DNA of 64,000 bases from Actinomycetota bacterium (GTDB lineage Bacteria; Actinomycetota; Actinomycetes; S36-B12; UBA5976): contig CANGDR010000003.1 in the NCBI GenBank assembly GCA_947452765.1, positions 19,561 through 83,560 of the forward strand, written 5' to 3'. Shown here piece by piece: positions 29,454-40,021 of this stretch. Under the pieces are notes generated by a model. It had not been told where the DNA came from, made no database searches, and saw nothing but the letters and a program-made list of their open reading frames with translations. Within the stretch, counting starts at the first letter, position 1. Every line of letters starts with the position of its first letter. A program made the position numbers and the translations under genes.

Positions 29454-32114
29454 GTGGATTCCGCTGAAATCCGGTCAAGATTTTTGAATTATTTTGAGTC
29501 AAAAGGTCATGCCGTTTTACCTAGTGCGAGCCTGTTATTGGATGATCCAACCCTGCTTTTTGTGAACGCTGGCATGGTGCCTTTCAAACCATATTTCCTG
29601 GGAGAAGCAGTTTCGCCAAACCCAAGAGTCACCACCGCGCAAAAGGTTGTCCGCACTCTCGACATCGAAGAAGTTGGTAAGACAACACGTCACGCATCCT
29701 TTTTCCAGATGTGCGGAAACTTTTCGTTTGGTGACTATTTCAAAGAAGATGCAATTCCATACGCTTGGGAACTACTCACTTCATCAGTCGCCGATGGCGG
29801 GTATGGCTTTCCCGAAGAAAAACTCTGGGTGACCGTCTATTTAGACGACGATGAGTCAGTCGACATTTGGCATAAGAAGGTTGGCGTTCCCATGGAACGA
29901 ATCCAACGACGTGATATGGCGGACAACTTCTGGTCAATGGGTGTCCCAGGACCTTGCGGGCCGTGCTCAGAGATCTATTACGATCGCGGGCCAGAGCATG
30001 GACGCGAAGGCGGACCTATCGCGGATGAGACACGTTACCTCGAAGTTTGGAACTTGGTCTTCATGCAATTTGAGCGTGGTGATGGACCAGGAAAAGAAGG
30101 TTACCCAATCTTGGGCGAACTGCCTGCAAAGAACATCGATACTGGCATGGGCCTCGAACGCATGGCTGCCTTATTGCAGGGTGTCGACAACATCTATGAA
30201 ATTGACACCACAAAAATAATCCTTGACCGCGCCAGTGAACTAACGGGTCAAAAGTATGGTGTGGATCCAAAGAATGACGTTGCGCTACGTGTGATCGCAG
30301 ACCATGCTCGAACCTGTGCTTTCTTAATTGCCGATGGTGTCCTGCCTGGCAATGAAGGTCGGGGATATGTACTGCGTCGAATATTGCGCAGAGTGGTTCG
30401 GAATATGCGTCTTCTCGGAATGCATGAACCTGCCATGGCTCAACTAATAGATGCAAGTATCAAGGCAATGGCACCGCAATATCCGGAGTTAGAAACGGAT
30501 CGTGGCCGGATCACCACTATCGCTAGCGCGGAAGAGGATTCCTTCCTTGGCACACTCGAACGTGGAACCACAATGTTCGATTTAGCAGCTAAGGATTTGA
30601 AAGCTGCAAAAATCCAAACCTTGAGTGGTGCATCTGCGTTTGCCTTACATGACACATTCGGATTCCCAATTGACTTAACGCTGGAAATGGCAGCCGAGCA
30701 AGGTTTGAATGTTGACGAAGAAGGCTTCCGGAAACTTATGCTCGAACAACGCACGCGTGCTAAGGCGGACTCACAGGCACGCAAGAGTGGGGTTTCAGCT
30801 GTCACGGTTTATCGCAACATCATGGGTAAGTCCGGTGCTACCGAATTCAAGGGTTATACCGAAACCGAGACTGAAGGTACCATAACGGGTTTAGTAGTCG
30901 ATGGGGTTGATGTACCGGCGGCTAGGACTGGTGACGAAGTTGAAGTATTAGTTGATCGGACTTCGTTTTATGCCGAGGGCGGCGGCCAGTTAGCTGACCA
31001 CGGCTTAATCACACTAAACGATGGTACAAAGGTAGAGATTGATGACGTGCAAATGCCAGTGCCTGGTTTGTATGTTCATCGCGGGCGCGTATTGCACGGC
31101 GAAGTTACGGTCGGTAATAAAGCGATGAGCCAAGTCGATGTTGAAAGACGTCTTGCGATTTCGCGGGCACATACCGCAACGCACATGGTGCACAAAGCAT
31201 TTCGAGAAGCACTTGGTGAAACTGCTACCCAGATGGGTTCCGAGAATTCACCCGGCAGATTCCGTTTCGATTTTCCAAGCGCTGGTGCCGTACCGCAATC
31301 AGTGCTGAGTGATGTAGAAGCACGCGTAAATGATGTGCTGCTACAGAACTTGCTGGTCAGTGCGGAAATTATGACTCAAGATCAAGCACGAGCTACTGGT
31401 GCTATGGCGCTATTCGGCGAGAAATATAGCGACAAAGTTCGTGTTGTCAGCGTTGGGGATTGGGCTCGAGAGCTTTGCGGTGGAACTCACACCGAACGTT
31501 CTGGGCAGCTTGGAGTAATCACGTTTTTGTCTGAGAGTTCAATTGGTGCTGGTGTGCGAAGAGTTGAAGCACTAGTTGGCGCGGACGCATATCGGTTCCT
31601 AGCTAAAGAAAGACACATCGTTGATCAGCTTACCGAGATGACTAAAGTACGCGCTGACGAATTACCGGATCGCATTAGCAAGATGATGGAACGACTTAAG
31701 CAGGCGGAGAAGGAAATTGCTAAAGCACGAACGTCTGCACTTACAAGCAACATCTCTGATTTAGTTGGGCAACCGAACAAGATAGGTGAGACGAACCTAT
31801 ATCGATTCATTGCGCCTACAGGAACTTCAGCTGGGGATTTACGAGATTTGGTGACAAGCGCTAAAGGCAATATTGTCGGCAATAACTTTGTGCTAGTCGG
31901 TGCCACGATTAGTGAAGGCACAGTTGCGTTTGTGGTGACAACCGACTCAGCTGCTCGCGATAGCGGAGCCTCGGCCGCTGAAGTGCTTAAGGCGATGTTG
32001 CCGATTGTTGACGGTCGTGGTGGCGGCAGTGCGGAAATGTCGCAAGGCGGAGGATCAAACGCTGGAGCACTTGATGCCGCGCTCGTTGCCGCAGCAAATG
32101 GTCTGGGTAAATAG
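29454..32114 (+). CDS. alaS: alanine--tRNA ligase
   Basis: 886 aa with the class II AlaRS core, an editing domain (HTATH ... CGGTH) and a C-terminal DHHA1-like domain. GTG start. Confidence 0.95.
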   Translation: MDSAEIRSRFLNYFESKGHAVLPSASLLLDDPTLLFVNAGMVPFKPYFLGEAVSPNPRVTTAQKVVRTLDIEEVGKTTRHASFFQMCGNFSFGDYFKEDAIPYAWELLTSSVADGGYGFPEEKLWVTVYLDDDESVDIWHKKVGVPMERIQRRDMADNFWSMGVPGPCGPCSEIYYDRGPEHGREGGPIADETRYLEVWNLVFMQFERGDGPGKEGYPILGELPAKNIDTGMGLERMAALLQGVDNIYEIDTTKIILDRASELTGQKYGVDPKNDVALRVIADHARTCAFLIADGVLPGNEGRGYVLRRILRRVVRNMRLLGMHEPAMAQLIDASIKAMAPQYPELETDRGRITTIASAEEDSFLGTLERGTTMFDLAAKDLKAAKIQTLSGASAFALHDTFGFPIDLTLEMAAEQGLNVDEEGFRKLMLEQRTRAKADSQARKSGVSAVTVYRNIMGKSGATEFKGYTETETEGTITGLVVDGVDVPAARTGDEVEVLVDRTSFYAEGGGQLADHGLITLNDGTKVEIDDVQMPVPGLYVHRGRVLHGEVTVGNKAMSQVDVERRLAISRAHTATHMVHKAFREALGETATQMGSENSPGRFRFDFPSAGAVPQSVLSDVEARVNDVLLQNLLVSAEIMTQDQARATGAMALFGEKYSDKVRVVSVGDWARELCGGTHTERSGQLGVITFLSESSIGAGVRRVEALVGADAYRFLAKERHIVDQLTEMTKVRADELPDRISKMMERLKQAEKEIAKARTSALTSNISDLVGQPNKIGETNLYRFIAPTGTSAGDLRDLVTSAKGNIVGNNFVLVGATISEGTVAFVVTTDSAARDSGASAAEVLKAMLPIVDGRGGGSAEMSQGGGSNAGALDAALVAAANGLGK

Positions 32115-32116
32115 AT

Positions 32117-32581
32117 TTGCAGCGCGGTGTTCGACTAGGTCTAGATGTTGGATCAGTGCGAATCGGAGTCTCCTATAGTGATCCAGACGGCATCATGGCA
32201 ATTCCAATGACCACAGTCGTTGCTGGCAAAACTGCTATAGCTCAAGTTGCTGCACTTGCGGTCGAATACCAAGCTGACGTTATCTATGTCGGAAACCCAG
32301 TCAACCTCTCTGGTGCACACACCCAGTCCACAGAATCTGCCCAAAGTTTTGCTACCGAGTTGCAGAGTGTTCTAGAACAAACTGCTTCAGTTCGATTGAT
32401 TGACGAGCGGTTAAGTACGGTTTCCGCACAACGTGGCATGCAGGATATTGGCAAGACCCAGAAGGCGAGCCGCAGTGTCATCGATCAAGCCGCGGCTGTC
32501 ATAATTCTTGAGCAAGCACTCGAGATCGAAAAACGATCAGGAGAACCTGCAGGAATCTGGGTCGGTGATATTAGTGGGTAA
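32117..32581 (+). CDS. ruvX: Holliday junction resolvase-like RuvX (YqgF)
   Basis: 154 aa. LGLDVGSVRIGVS N-terminal motif. Conserved alaS-ruvX-mltG order. Confidence 0.85.
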   Translation: MQRGVRLGLDVGSVRIGVSYSDPDGIMAIPMTTVVAGKTAIAQVAALAVEYQADVIYVGNPVNLSGAHTQSTESAQSFATELQSVLEQTASVRLIDERLSTVSAQRGMQDIGKTQKASRSVIDQAAAVIILEQALEIEKRSGEPAGIWVGDISG

Positions 32582-33752
32582 CTTAGATATTTTTGGTGAT
32601 GATCCCAAGGCTGACGCAAGAATTCAACCGCAAAATGCTTCTTCTGAGACGCCGTCTAATTCTGTCGACGCATCACCGAGGAAATCCAGGAAATCTAACG
32701 GAACTCCAAAACGATTTCGTGCATTGAAATCTGCTGGAGTTTTGGTCGTGGTCATCGCACTGATTGCGCTTGCGGTTCCGAAAGCAATCAGCATGTTTTC
32801 AGGCGCGCCTGATTTTCCTGGACCAGGTACTAGTTCAGTGCGAGTTGAAGTAAAAGATGGTGACACTCTCGCGCGAATTGGAAACACTCTAAAAGCCAGT
32901 GGGGTAGTTAAGTCGGTTGATGCTTTCGTTGCAGCCGCAAACAACAATCCAAATAGTGCCAAAATTTCAGCCGGCTTCTACGATCTAAAATTGCAAATGA
33001 GTGCCAAGGGGGCAGTTAATTCGCTGCTTGATCCAACAGTCAAAGTCGTAGATAGAGTAGTGATTCCTGAAGGCAAGAGAGCCGCCTGGATTTATGCAAC
33101 ACTTGCTAAGGCCAGCGGCCTTCCGGTTACTGATTTTGAGACTGCAGCTGCCAACGCAACACAATTGGGATTGCCGGGTTATGCCAATGGAAATGTAGAA
33201 GGTTTCTTATTCCCGGCTACGTATGAGTTAGCACCTGGCGCGACCGCTGTTGAGATTCTCAAAATGATGATTGCAAAATTTAACGCCGAGTCAACATCGC
33301 TAAATTTGGAGGCTCGCGCCAAGTCAATGGGAAGAACACCTTACGACATATTGTCGATTGCTTCGTTGCTTCAAGTTGAAGGTCATCCGAGGGATTTTTC
33401 AAAAGTTGCGAGAGTTGTGTACAACCGACTTGCTGCACCCATGCGGCTTCAATTTGATTCAACTGTAAATTATGGTCTAGGTCGAACCGATGTTATTTTG
33501 ACGACTGACCTATTGAATAAAGATACTCCGTACAACATGTATCTCCATGATGGTCTACCACCGACGCCGATTGATAATCCGGGTGCCGCGGCGATTGAGG
33601 CTGCTTTGAATCCAGCAGCTGGTGATTGGCTTTACTTCATAACGACTGACCTGAAGACTCAAGAGACAAAATTTACGAAATCCTATGCTGAGTTTTTGAG
33701 ATTTAAGGACGAGTTCTTAGCTTTCTGTGCCGCCAATCCAGGATCCTGCTGA
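32574..33752 (+). CDS. mltG: endolytic murein transglycosylase MltG (YceG family)
   Basis: YceG-like C-terminal domain (ASLLQVE, YNTY-like PYNMY, LPPTPI.NPG). The start is uncertain. I chose GTG 32574 (8-nt overlap with ruvX). The ORF track begins at 32508. Confidence 0.8.
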   Translation: MGNLDIFGDDPKADARIQPQNASSETPSNSVDASPRKSRKSNGTPKRFRALKSAGVLVVVIALIALAVPKAISMFSGAPDFPGPGTSSVRVEVKDGDTLARIGNTLKASGVVKSVDAFVAAANNNPNSAKISAGFYDLKLQMSAKGAVNSLLDPTVKVVDRVVIPEGKRAAWIYATLAKASGLPVTDFETAAANATQLGLPGYANGNVEGFLFPATYELAPGATAVEILKMMIAKFNAESTSLNLEARAKSMGRTPYDILSIASLLQVEGHPRDFSKVARVVYNRLAAPMRLQFDSTVNYGLGRTDVILTTDLLNKDTPYNMYLHDGLPPTPIDNPGAAAIEAALNPAAGDWLYFITTDLKTQETKFTKSYAEFLRFKDEFLAFCAANPGSC

Positions 33753-34570
33753 TGAGTAAGGCAGCTGTACTGGGTAGTCCGATTTCACATTCGTTGTCAC
33801 CTGTTTTGCATAGAGCCGCATACGAAGCTCTAGGGTTGCCTCATACCTATGAGGCAATTGAGATTGACGAAAGTCAGTTGGCTGAATTCGTGCAAAGTCT
33901 TGATGAAAATTGGCTTGGTCTTTCGCTCACTATGCCGCTTAAAGAGTTGGCCTTTCAAGTTGCCCACACAATAGATGAAACGGCTCGGCTAAGTGGTTCG
34001 ATAAACACATTGATTTTCGCAGACCAGATATCGGCACACAACACAGATGTGCTCGGGATAATGGACTCGCTGACTGAGTTTGGAATTTCTTCTCCACGCT
34101 CTGCCGTAATACTTGGAGCTGGAGCGACCGCACGTTCTGCACTATTGGCATTGGCTAACTTGGGCGTCACCGAAGTGGAAGTTGTCGCAAGGAATTCTGC
34201 AAAGGTAAATACCTTGCAGTCCGTCGGTGACTCTATAGGAATCCAGGTTCAATCCCGCCCACTTGACGAATCGAGTTGGCTAACGGCCGATGTTGTCATA
34301 AACACAACCCCCAGAGGTGCAATGGATGACATAGCGAATGAAGTCATCTCTCCAACCGGTACCTTGCTAGATGTCGTTTACGATCCTTGGCCAACTTTGT
34401 TGGCGGCGGCGTGGGGGGTGCAAGGCGGACAAATTCTTTCCGGACTATCTATGTTGCTGCATCAAGCAGTACATCAAGTCACTTTAATGACCAGTCATGT
34501 GGGACCACTTGAGCCAATGCGGTCTGCGCTAAATCTCGAACTACTCAATCGCGGATTGACCACGATCTAG
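33752..34570 (+). CDS. aroE: shikimate dehydrogenase
   Basis: 272 aa. GSPISHSLSP, LSLTMPLK, NTD, GAGATARS motifs. Confidence 0.9.
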   Translation: MSKAAVLGSPISHSLSPVLHRAAYEALGLPHTYEAIEIDESQLAEFVQSLDENWLGLSLTMPLKELAFQVAHTIDETARLSGSINTLIFADQISAHNTDVLGIMDSLTEFGISSPRSAVILGAGATARSALLALANLGVTEVEVVARNSAKVNTLQSVGDSIGIQVQSRPLDESSWLTADVVINTTPRGAMDDIANEVISPTGTLLDVVYDPWPTLLAAAWGVQGGQILSGLSMLLHQAVHQVTLMTSHVGPLEPMRSALNLELLNRGLTTI

Positions 34571-34615
34571 TCCGGAAATTCGCGGTTAATGACCAAAAGG
34601 TGAAAGACTAGACCT

Positions 34616-35791
34616 ATGTTGCGATGGCTAACGGCAGGTGAATCACACGGCCCAGCTTTGTCAGCAATTCTTGAGGGTATGCCGGCAGGCATTGCGGTCC
34701 AAACCAGCGACATTGAGGCAGCATTAGCTCGTCGTCGATTAGGTTTCGGTCGCGGTGCTCGCATGAAATTTGAGCAAGATGCGGTATCAATCACAGGCGG
34801 AATCCGTCATGGGCTAAGTCAAGGCGGGCCAATCGCTATCTCGGTGGCTAACAGTGAGTGGCCCAAATGGGAAGCGGTGATGTCACCCGATCCAGTCGAC
34901 CAAACTGATCTGGAAAACATAGCCAGAAATGCTCCACTTACTCGGCCGCGACCAGGACATGCGGATTTAGCAGGCATGCAAAAGTATTCTCACGACGACG
35001 CACGCCCGATTTTGGAACGAGCCAGCGCCCGAGAGACAGCAGCGCGAGTGGCACTTGGCGAAGTAGCAAAACAGTTTTTGGCACAGGTAGGTGACATCCA
35101 TGTCATCAGCCACGTAGTTGGAATCGGTTCAGTTGGCAGCGATTCAGCCGACTTGCCGACAGCAACAGACATCGAGAAGATCGATGCTGATCCAGTCCGC
35201 TGTTTCCATGCGGCCACAAGCGAGGCTATGCAAGCAGAGATTCGATCAGCTCAAAATGATGGTGACACATTGGGTGGAGTCGTTGAGGTTCTTGCTTATG
35301 GTTTGCCGGTTGGCTTAGGTTCGCATGTGCACTGGGATCGACGTCTAGATTCAAAACTAGCCGCAGCGTTGATGGGAATTCAAGCTATCAAGGGCGTGGA
35401 AATCGGAGATGGCTTTGAATCTGCTCGCCGCCGTGGCTCACAAGCTCACGATGAAATCTTTACTGATGGTGATCAGCTTCGTCGTGTAACAGGCCGCAGT
35501 GGTGGCACCGAAGGTGGCATGAGTAATGGGGAAGTGTTGCGCGTTCGAGCTGCAATGAAACCAATTTCCACTGTGCCACGTGCGCTATCTACGGTAGATA
35601 TTCAAACGGGCGAACCAGCTGTAGCAATTGGCCAGCGATCTGATGCGTGTGCGGTTCCAGCAGCAGGTGTCGTAGCCGAAGCCATGGTCGCCCTAGTAAT
35701 TGCTGACGCACTACTAGAAAAATTCGGTGGCGATCACATTTTAGAGACTCAGCGCAATCTTAAATCATTCATCGCTAATTTACGGATGTAG
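34616..35791 (+). CDS. aroC: chorismate synthase
   Basis: 391 aa. [15 protein letters not shown] and RPGHAD signatures. Confidence 0.95.
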   Translation: MLRWLTAGESHGPALSAILEGMPAGIAVQTSDIEAALARRRLGFGRGARMKFEQDAVSITGGIRHGLSQGGPIAISVANSEWPKWEAVMSPDPVDQTDLENIARNAPLTRPRPGHADLAGMQKYSHDDARPILERASARETAARVALGEVAKQFLAQVGDIHVISHVVGIGSVGSDSADLPTATDIEKIDADPVRCFHAATSEAMQAEIRSAQNDGDTLGGVVEVLAYGLPVGLGSHVHWDRRLDSKLAAALMGIQAIKGVEIGDGFESARRRGSQAHDEIFTDGDQLRRVTGRSGGTEGGMSNGEVLRVRAAMKPISTVPRALSTVDIQTGEPAVAIGQRSDACAVPAAGVVAEAMVALVIADALLEKFGGDHILETQRNLKSFIANLRM

Positions 35792-35793
35792 TT

Positions 35794-36303
35794 ATGAGCG
35801 CAGTCGTGCTGGTCGGTGTACCAGGTGCAGGTAAGACTACAGTGGGTCGACTCTTGGCCGAACTTATGCAAACCACTTTTGTGGATAGTGATCAAGTCAT
35901 CGAAGAGCGAGCCGGCAAGACTGTCGCTGATATTTTCACACAGGACGGTGAACCGGCATTTCGTACGCTGGAACATGAAGTAATAGTCGACTTGATTTCG
36001 AGTGGCCAAGGTGTAATCGCACTCGGTGGTGGGGCGTTGGCGGACTTAGCCACACGCAAGCAAGTTTCGGAAGCGACAGCTGTTTGGCTGGTAGCTGGCC
36101 TGGCGCAGGCGGTTGAGCGAGTTGGCATGAATCGCAACCGGCCGCTCTTATTGGGTAATGTTCGCGGGCAACTAGCGGAACTTATGACAGCACGGGAACC
36201 CATCTATCGGGAAGTTGCCAACGTGACAGTAGACACATCCAAACTCACGCCGACTGAAGTAGCCGCAGCAATTGTGATTGAGCTACAGAAATTGGATGTC
36301 TAG
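35794..36303 (+). CDS. aroK: shikimate kinase
   Basis: 169 aa. P-loop GVPGAGKTT followed by the FVDSD motif. Confidence 0.9.
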   Translation: MSAVVLVGVPGAGKTTVGRLLAELMQTTFVDSDQVIEERAGKTVADIFTQDGEPAFRTLEHEVIVDLISSGQGVIALGGGALADLATRKQVSEATAVWLVAGLAQAVERVGMNRNRPLLLGNVRGQLAELMTAREPIYREVANVTVDTSKLTPTEVAAAIVIELQKLDV

Positions 36304-36305
36304 CC

Positions 36306-37385
36306 ATGGCAACTATTGAGGTACACGCTGACCACACCTATCCCGTAATAGTTGGTCGCAACTTAACTGCCGAGATATCCAGATACCTTGGTGATGCCAC
36401 AAGTGTGGCTGTCATGTATCCGCAAGCCTTGCGCGCTGCAGCAGACACGATTCGCCATGAGCTTGCAGGCATAACTTCGATTACAATTGAGATCCCAGAT
36501 GCCGAAGAAGCAAAGACTGCTTCAGTACTTGAATTCTGTTGGATGGCGCTTGGTCAAGCAGGGTTCACGCGAAATGATTTGATTATCTCGGTTGGTGGTG
36601 GCGCCACAACTGACCTTGCCGGATTCGTTGCGGCCACATGGTTACGCGGAATTCGAGTAATCCACGTACCTACAACATTGCTCGCGATGGTGGATGCAGC
36701 CGTCGGGGGGAAAACTGGAATTAACACTGCCGAAGGTAAAAACCTAGCGGGAGCAATCCATTCGCCGACTGCAGTAATTTGTGATTTAAATTCCCTGGAG
36801 TCCCAGACCCAAGGTGACTACATCGGTGGACTTGCAGAGATTATTAAGGCAGGCTTCATCCGCGATCCCAAGATTTTGGATTTGATCGAATCCAATCCAA
36901 TTGGTGCTAAGTCTCCATTGTGGGAGCATGCGCAAGAAATGATTGAGCGGGCAATTCAAGTCAAGGCGGACGTTGTAGGTCTAGATCTACGCGAAACCCT
37001 GGGTACGTCTGCCGGTAGAGAGATTCTTAACTACGGACACACTTTTGGTCATGCAATTGAGCGTACTGAAAACTACAAGTGGCGACATGGATCAGCAGTT
37101 AGCGTAGGCATGATTTTTGTGGCAAATCTAGCGCATTTATCTGGACGGCTTTCGACTGAAGTTCTACTACGCCACCGCACGATTTTGAATGCAGTAGGAC
37201 TTCCAGTCACTTATGAAAATAGTGATTGGGACACACTGCTAGAAGCCATGAAGATAGATAAGAAGTCACGTGGCGCAATGCTTCGCTTCGTAGTGCTGGA
37301 CGATATAGCTAGGCCAGCAATACTGGAGGGTCCTGATTCGGCGTTGCTGTTTGCAGCATTCCAAGAAGTAGTGCAGGGTAAATAA
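36306..37385 (+). CDS. aroB: 3-dehydroquinate synthase
   Basis: 359 aa. GGGATTDLAGF, DAAVGGKTGIN, and the HTFGHAIE metal site. Confidence 0.95.
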   Translation: MATIEVHADHTYPVIVGRNLTAEISRYLGDATSVAVMYPQALRAAADTIRHELAGITSITIEIPDAEEAKTASVLEFCWMALGQAGFTRNDLIISVGGGATTDLAGFVAATWLRGIRVIHVPTTLLAMVDAAVGGKTGINTAEGKNLAGAIHSPTAVICDLNSLESQTQGDYIGGLAEIIKAGFIRDPKILDLIESNPIGAKSPLWEHAQEMIERAIQVKADVVGLDLRETLGTSAGREILNYGHTFGHAIERTENYKWRHGSAVSVGMIFVANLAHLSGRLSTEVLLRHRTILNAVGLPVTYENSDWDTLLEAMKIDKKSRGAMLRFVVLDDIARPAILEGPDSALLFAAFQEVVQGK

Positions 37386-37386
37386 C

Positions 37387-37815
37387 ATGCGCGATGTATT
37401 GATTCTCAACGGCCCAAATCTGGACCGACTTGGAACTCGCGAGCCCGAAATTTATGGGTCTTTGTCGCTCTCAGAAATTGGAGATAGTTGCGTAGAATTT
37501 GCAAAAGCACATTCGCTGCGAATTGATTTCAGACAAACTAATGACGAAGCGGAGTTAATACGCTGGTTACACGAAGCAGCTGACAGGTCATTGCCGGTAA
37601 TTATGAATCCAGCTGCATTTACGCATTACTCCGTAGCAGTTAGAGATGCCGCATCGATGCTCACAGCCCCGCTGATTGAAGTCCACTTGAGCAATCCCCT
37701 TGCTCGTGAGGAATTTCGCCACACTTCGCTGGTATCAGGAATCGCACATGGAACTATCAGTGGATTTGGTGCAAATTCTTACATCCTCGCACTGCAGGCA
37801 ATGCTGAACTTGTGA
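37387..37815 (+). CDS. aroQ: type II 3-dehydroquinate dehydratase
   Basis: 142 aa. LNGPNLDRLGTREPEIYG and EVHLSN motifs. Confidence 0.95.
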   Translation: MRDVLILNGPNLDRLGTREPEIYGSLSLSEIGDSCVEFAKAHSLRIDFRQTNDEAELIRWLHEAADRSLPVIMNPAAFTHYSVAVRDAASMLTAPLIEVHLSNPLAREEFRHTSLVSGIAHGTISGFGANSYILALQAMLNL

Positions 37816-38879
37816 GTCTTGAACCCAATCACCAAGATCGGATAGCAAGGTTACGCGCTTCTTTGTCTGACGATCAGGCGCTGTTAGTAACTGATCCGCT
37901 GAATATTCGTTACTTGGTTGGCTTTACTGGGTCGAATGGTTCGTTGCTAGTGACAAAAAATGAGGTGAAACTCGCGACAGACTCGAGATATGAAATTCAA
38001 AGTGCCGAACAGACATCCGGAATTGTGATCACGATTGACCGAGATCTCTTCGGCTCGTTGCTAGGCGAAATGAACTGCCCGGAATTGGTTGTTGAAGGCA
38101 AAGATTTGTCAGTAATCCAGTTTCACCAGCTCAAACAGCGGTTTCCAAAACTTTCGTTAACAGTAAGTGAGGACGTTGTTGAGAACTTGCGTGTAATCAA
38201 AGATGCTTACGAACTTGAAATGATCTCGAAGGCTTGCGAGATCTCTACCCAGGCACTGTCAGAACTCCCGAAATGGCTCACCCCTGGCGTGACAGAGCTG
38301 GAGATCGCGTTCCAACTTGAACAGCAAATGCGCCGCCTAGGAGCAGACGACAAGGCATTCGAAACAATTGTTGCGGGCGGTTTGAATTCGGCAATCCCGC
38401 ACCATGAACCTACGACCAAAGTGGTTGAAGTAGGTGATTTGCTGAAGATCGATTTTGGCGCAAAAGTCGCTGGCTACCATTCAGATTGCACTCGTACTTT
38501 CGTTGTAGGGAGCCCATCAGCTTGGCAACGAGAACTATACGATGCGGTGTTCAACGCCCAAGCAATTGGAAGGGCGATGCTAAAACCAAGAGTTACGTTT
38601 TCTAGCGTTGTTTCCGCGGTAACGGAGTCGCTGAACTTCGCCGGATATGGAAAGTATTTCTCACATGGACTTGGGCACGGCGTAGGTCTTGCGATTCACG
38701 AGAACCCGTTTTTCGCCGCTTCAGATCACGCTAAGATTGACCAAAATACGGTAATCACGGTTGAACCGGGCGCATATTTGCCTGGTCAAGGTGGGGTTCG
38801 AATCGAAGACACAGTTGTCATAACTGATGACGGTTATTTGAATCTAACCGAATTTTCTCACGACTTGATTGAACTCTAG
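37812..38879 (+). CDS. M24 family Xaa-Pro aminopeptidase/dipeptidase
   Basis: 355 aa. Pita-bread fold metal ligands ([12 protein letters not shown]). Rv2535c-type position before efp. Confidence 0.85.
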   Translation: MSLEPNHQDRIARLRASLSDDQALLVTDPLNIRYLVGFTGSNGSLLVTKNEVKLATDSRYEIQSAEQTSGIVITIDRDLFGSLLGEMNCPELVVEGKDLSVIQFHQLKQRFPKLSLTVSEDVVENLRVIKDAYELEMISKACEISTQALSELPKWLTPGVTELEIAFQLEQQMRRLGADDKAFETIVAGGLNSAIPHHEPTTKVVEVGDLLKIDFGAKVAGYHSDCTRTFVVGSPSAWQRELYDAVFNAQAIGRAMLKPRVTFSSVVSAVTESLNFAGYGKYFSHGLGHGVGLAIHENPFFAASDHAKIDQNTVITVEPGAYLPGQGGVRIEDTVVITDDGYLNLTEFSHDLIEL

Positions 38880-38901
38880 AGACCCGAAACTAGGAGAGCA
38901 C

Positions 38902-39462
38902 ATGGCATCTACAAATGATCTTAAGAATGGTCTAGTCCTTAACATCGAAGGACAGCTTTGGAATGTCGTAGAGTTCCAGCACGTAAAGCCAGGCAAGGGT
39001 CCAGCGTTTGTTCGCACGAAGTTAAAGAACATCCTCACCGGCAAAGTCGTGGACAAAACTTTTAATGCCGGAGTTTCGGTGGAGACAGCAGATGTAGATA
39101 AGCGCAACATGCAGTATTTGTATCGTGACGGTGACGGCTGGATCTTTATGGATCTACAAACTTTCGAGCAATACACACTGTCCAATGCAATCGTTGGCGA
39201 CGCATCTCGATTCATGCTGGAAAACCAAGAAGGTGTAGTTGCCATTCACAATGACTTACCGATTTACCTAGAACTTCCAGCCAGCGTTGAATTGATGGTG
39301 ACCTACACTGAACCAGGCTTGCAGGGTGATCGCTCGAGTGCAGGGTCAAAGCCAGCAACATTAGAGACTGGGGCTGAAATTAAGGTTCCGTTATTTCTCG
39401 AATCAAACACCAAAATCAAGGTAGACACTCGTGATGGCTCGTACCTAGGGCGCGTTAACTAG
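38902..39462 (+). CDS. efp: translation elongation factor P
   Basis: Start at ATG 38902 ([13 protein letters not shown]...). [15 protein letters not shown] loop. Confidence 0.95.
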   Translation: MASTNDLKNGLVLNIEGQLWNVVEFQHVKPGKGPAFVRTKLKNILTGKVVDKTFNAGVSVETADVDKRNMQYLYRDGDGWIFMDLQTFEQYTLSNAIVGDASRFMLENQEGVVAIHNDLPIYLELPASVELMVTYTEPGLQGDRSSAGSKPATLETGAEIKVPLFLESNTKIKVDTRDGSYLGRVN

Positions 39463-39861
39463 GTGCGCACCAGAACCAAAGCGCGGCAGCGTGCCGTGGA
39501 GTCACTCTTTGAAGCAGAACAAAGAGGGGTCTCTGCAGCTGATGTGTTCGCGCGCAACCCAGCAGTGAATGACTATGCTATCGAACTAGCAAATTTGGTT
39601 GAGGAACACGTAGATCGCATTGATGAAGTAATTTCTACCTACTCTCAGCAGTGGCCTCTGGAAAGAATGCCAGCCGTTGATCGTGCCATTGTGCGAGTTG
39701 CAATTGCAGAGTTACTTTGGAAGCCCGATGTTGATAGTGGGGTAGCGGTTTCCGAAGCTATTGAGATTGCAGCAGTATTGAGCACACCTGAATCTGCAAA
39801 ATTTTTGAACGGTTTATTGGGACAAATTGCCGCGCTCCGGGAAACAATCTCGTCGCTATAA
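39463..39861 (+). CDS. nusB: transcription antitermination factor NusB
   Basis: 132 aa. RxKARQRAVESLF N-terminus and NusB helical fold motifs. GTG start abutting the efp stop. Confidence 0.9.
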   Translation: MRTRTKARQRAVESLFEAEQRGVSAADVFARNPAVNDYAIELANLVEEHVDRIDEVISTYSQQWPLERMPAVDRAIVRVAIAELLWKPDVDSGVAVSEAIEIAAVLSTPESAKFLNGLLGQIAALRETISSL

Positions 39862-39863
39862 CG

Positions 39864-39937
39864 TGCCCTGAGTGGGATTCGAACCCACACTGAACGGTGT
39901 TTGAGACCGCGCTCTCTGCCAGTTGGAGTACCAGGGC
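39864..39937 (-). tRNA. 74-nt tRNA with anticodon CAA (Leu by anticodon) but a class-I architecture (5-nt variable loop)
   Basis: Manual fold of GCCCTGGTACTCCAACTGGCAGAGAGCGCGGTCTCAAACACCGTTCAGTGTGGGTTCGAATCCCACTCAGGGCA. It has a 7-bp acceptor stem, a D arm with G18G19, anticodon arm GCGGT-CTCAAAC-ACCGT (anticodon = plus 39901..39903 ttg), variable loop TCAGT, T arm GTGGG-TTCGAAT-CCCAC and discriminator A. No CCA is encoded. Confidence 0.75.
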
Positions 39938-40021
39938 TTAAATGTTGCTCCCATAGGCTATCGCGTCCAAAGTCGGGTCTTAACCGTAGGCTTGCGATAT
40001 GAGAATGTACGGTGTCGACGA

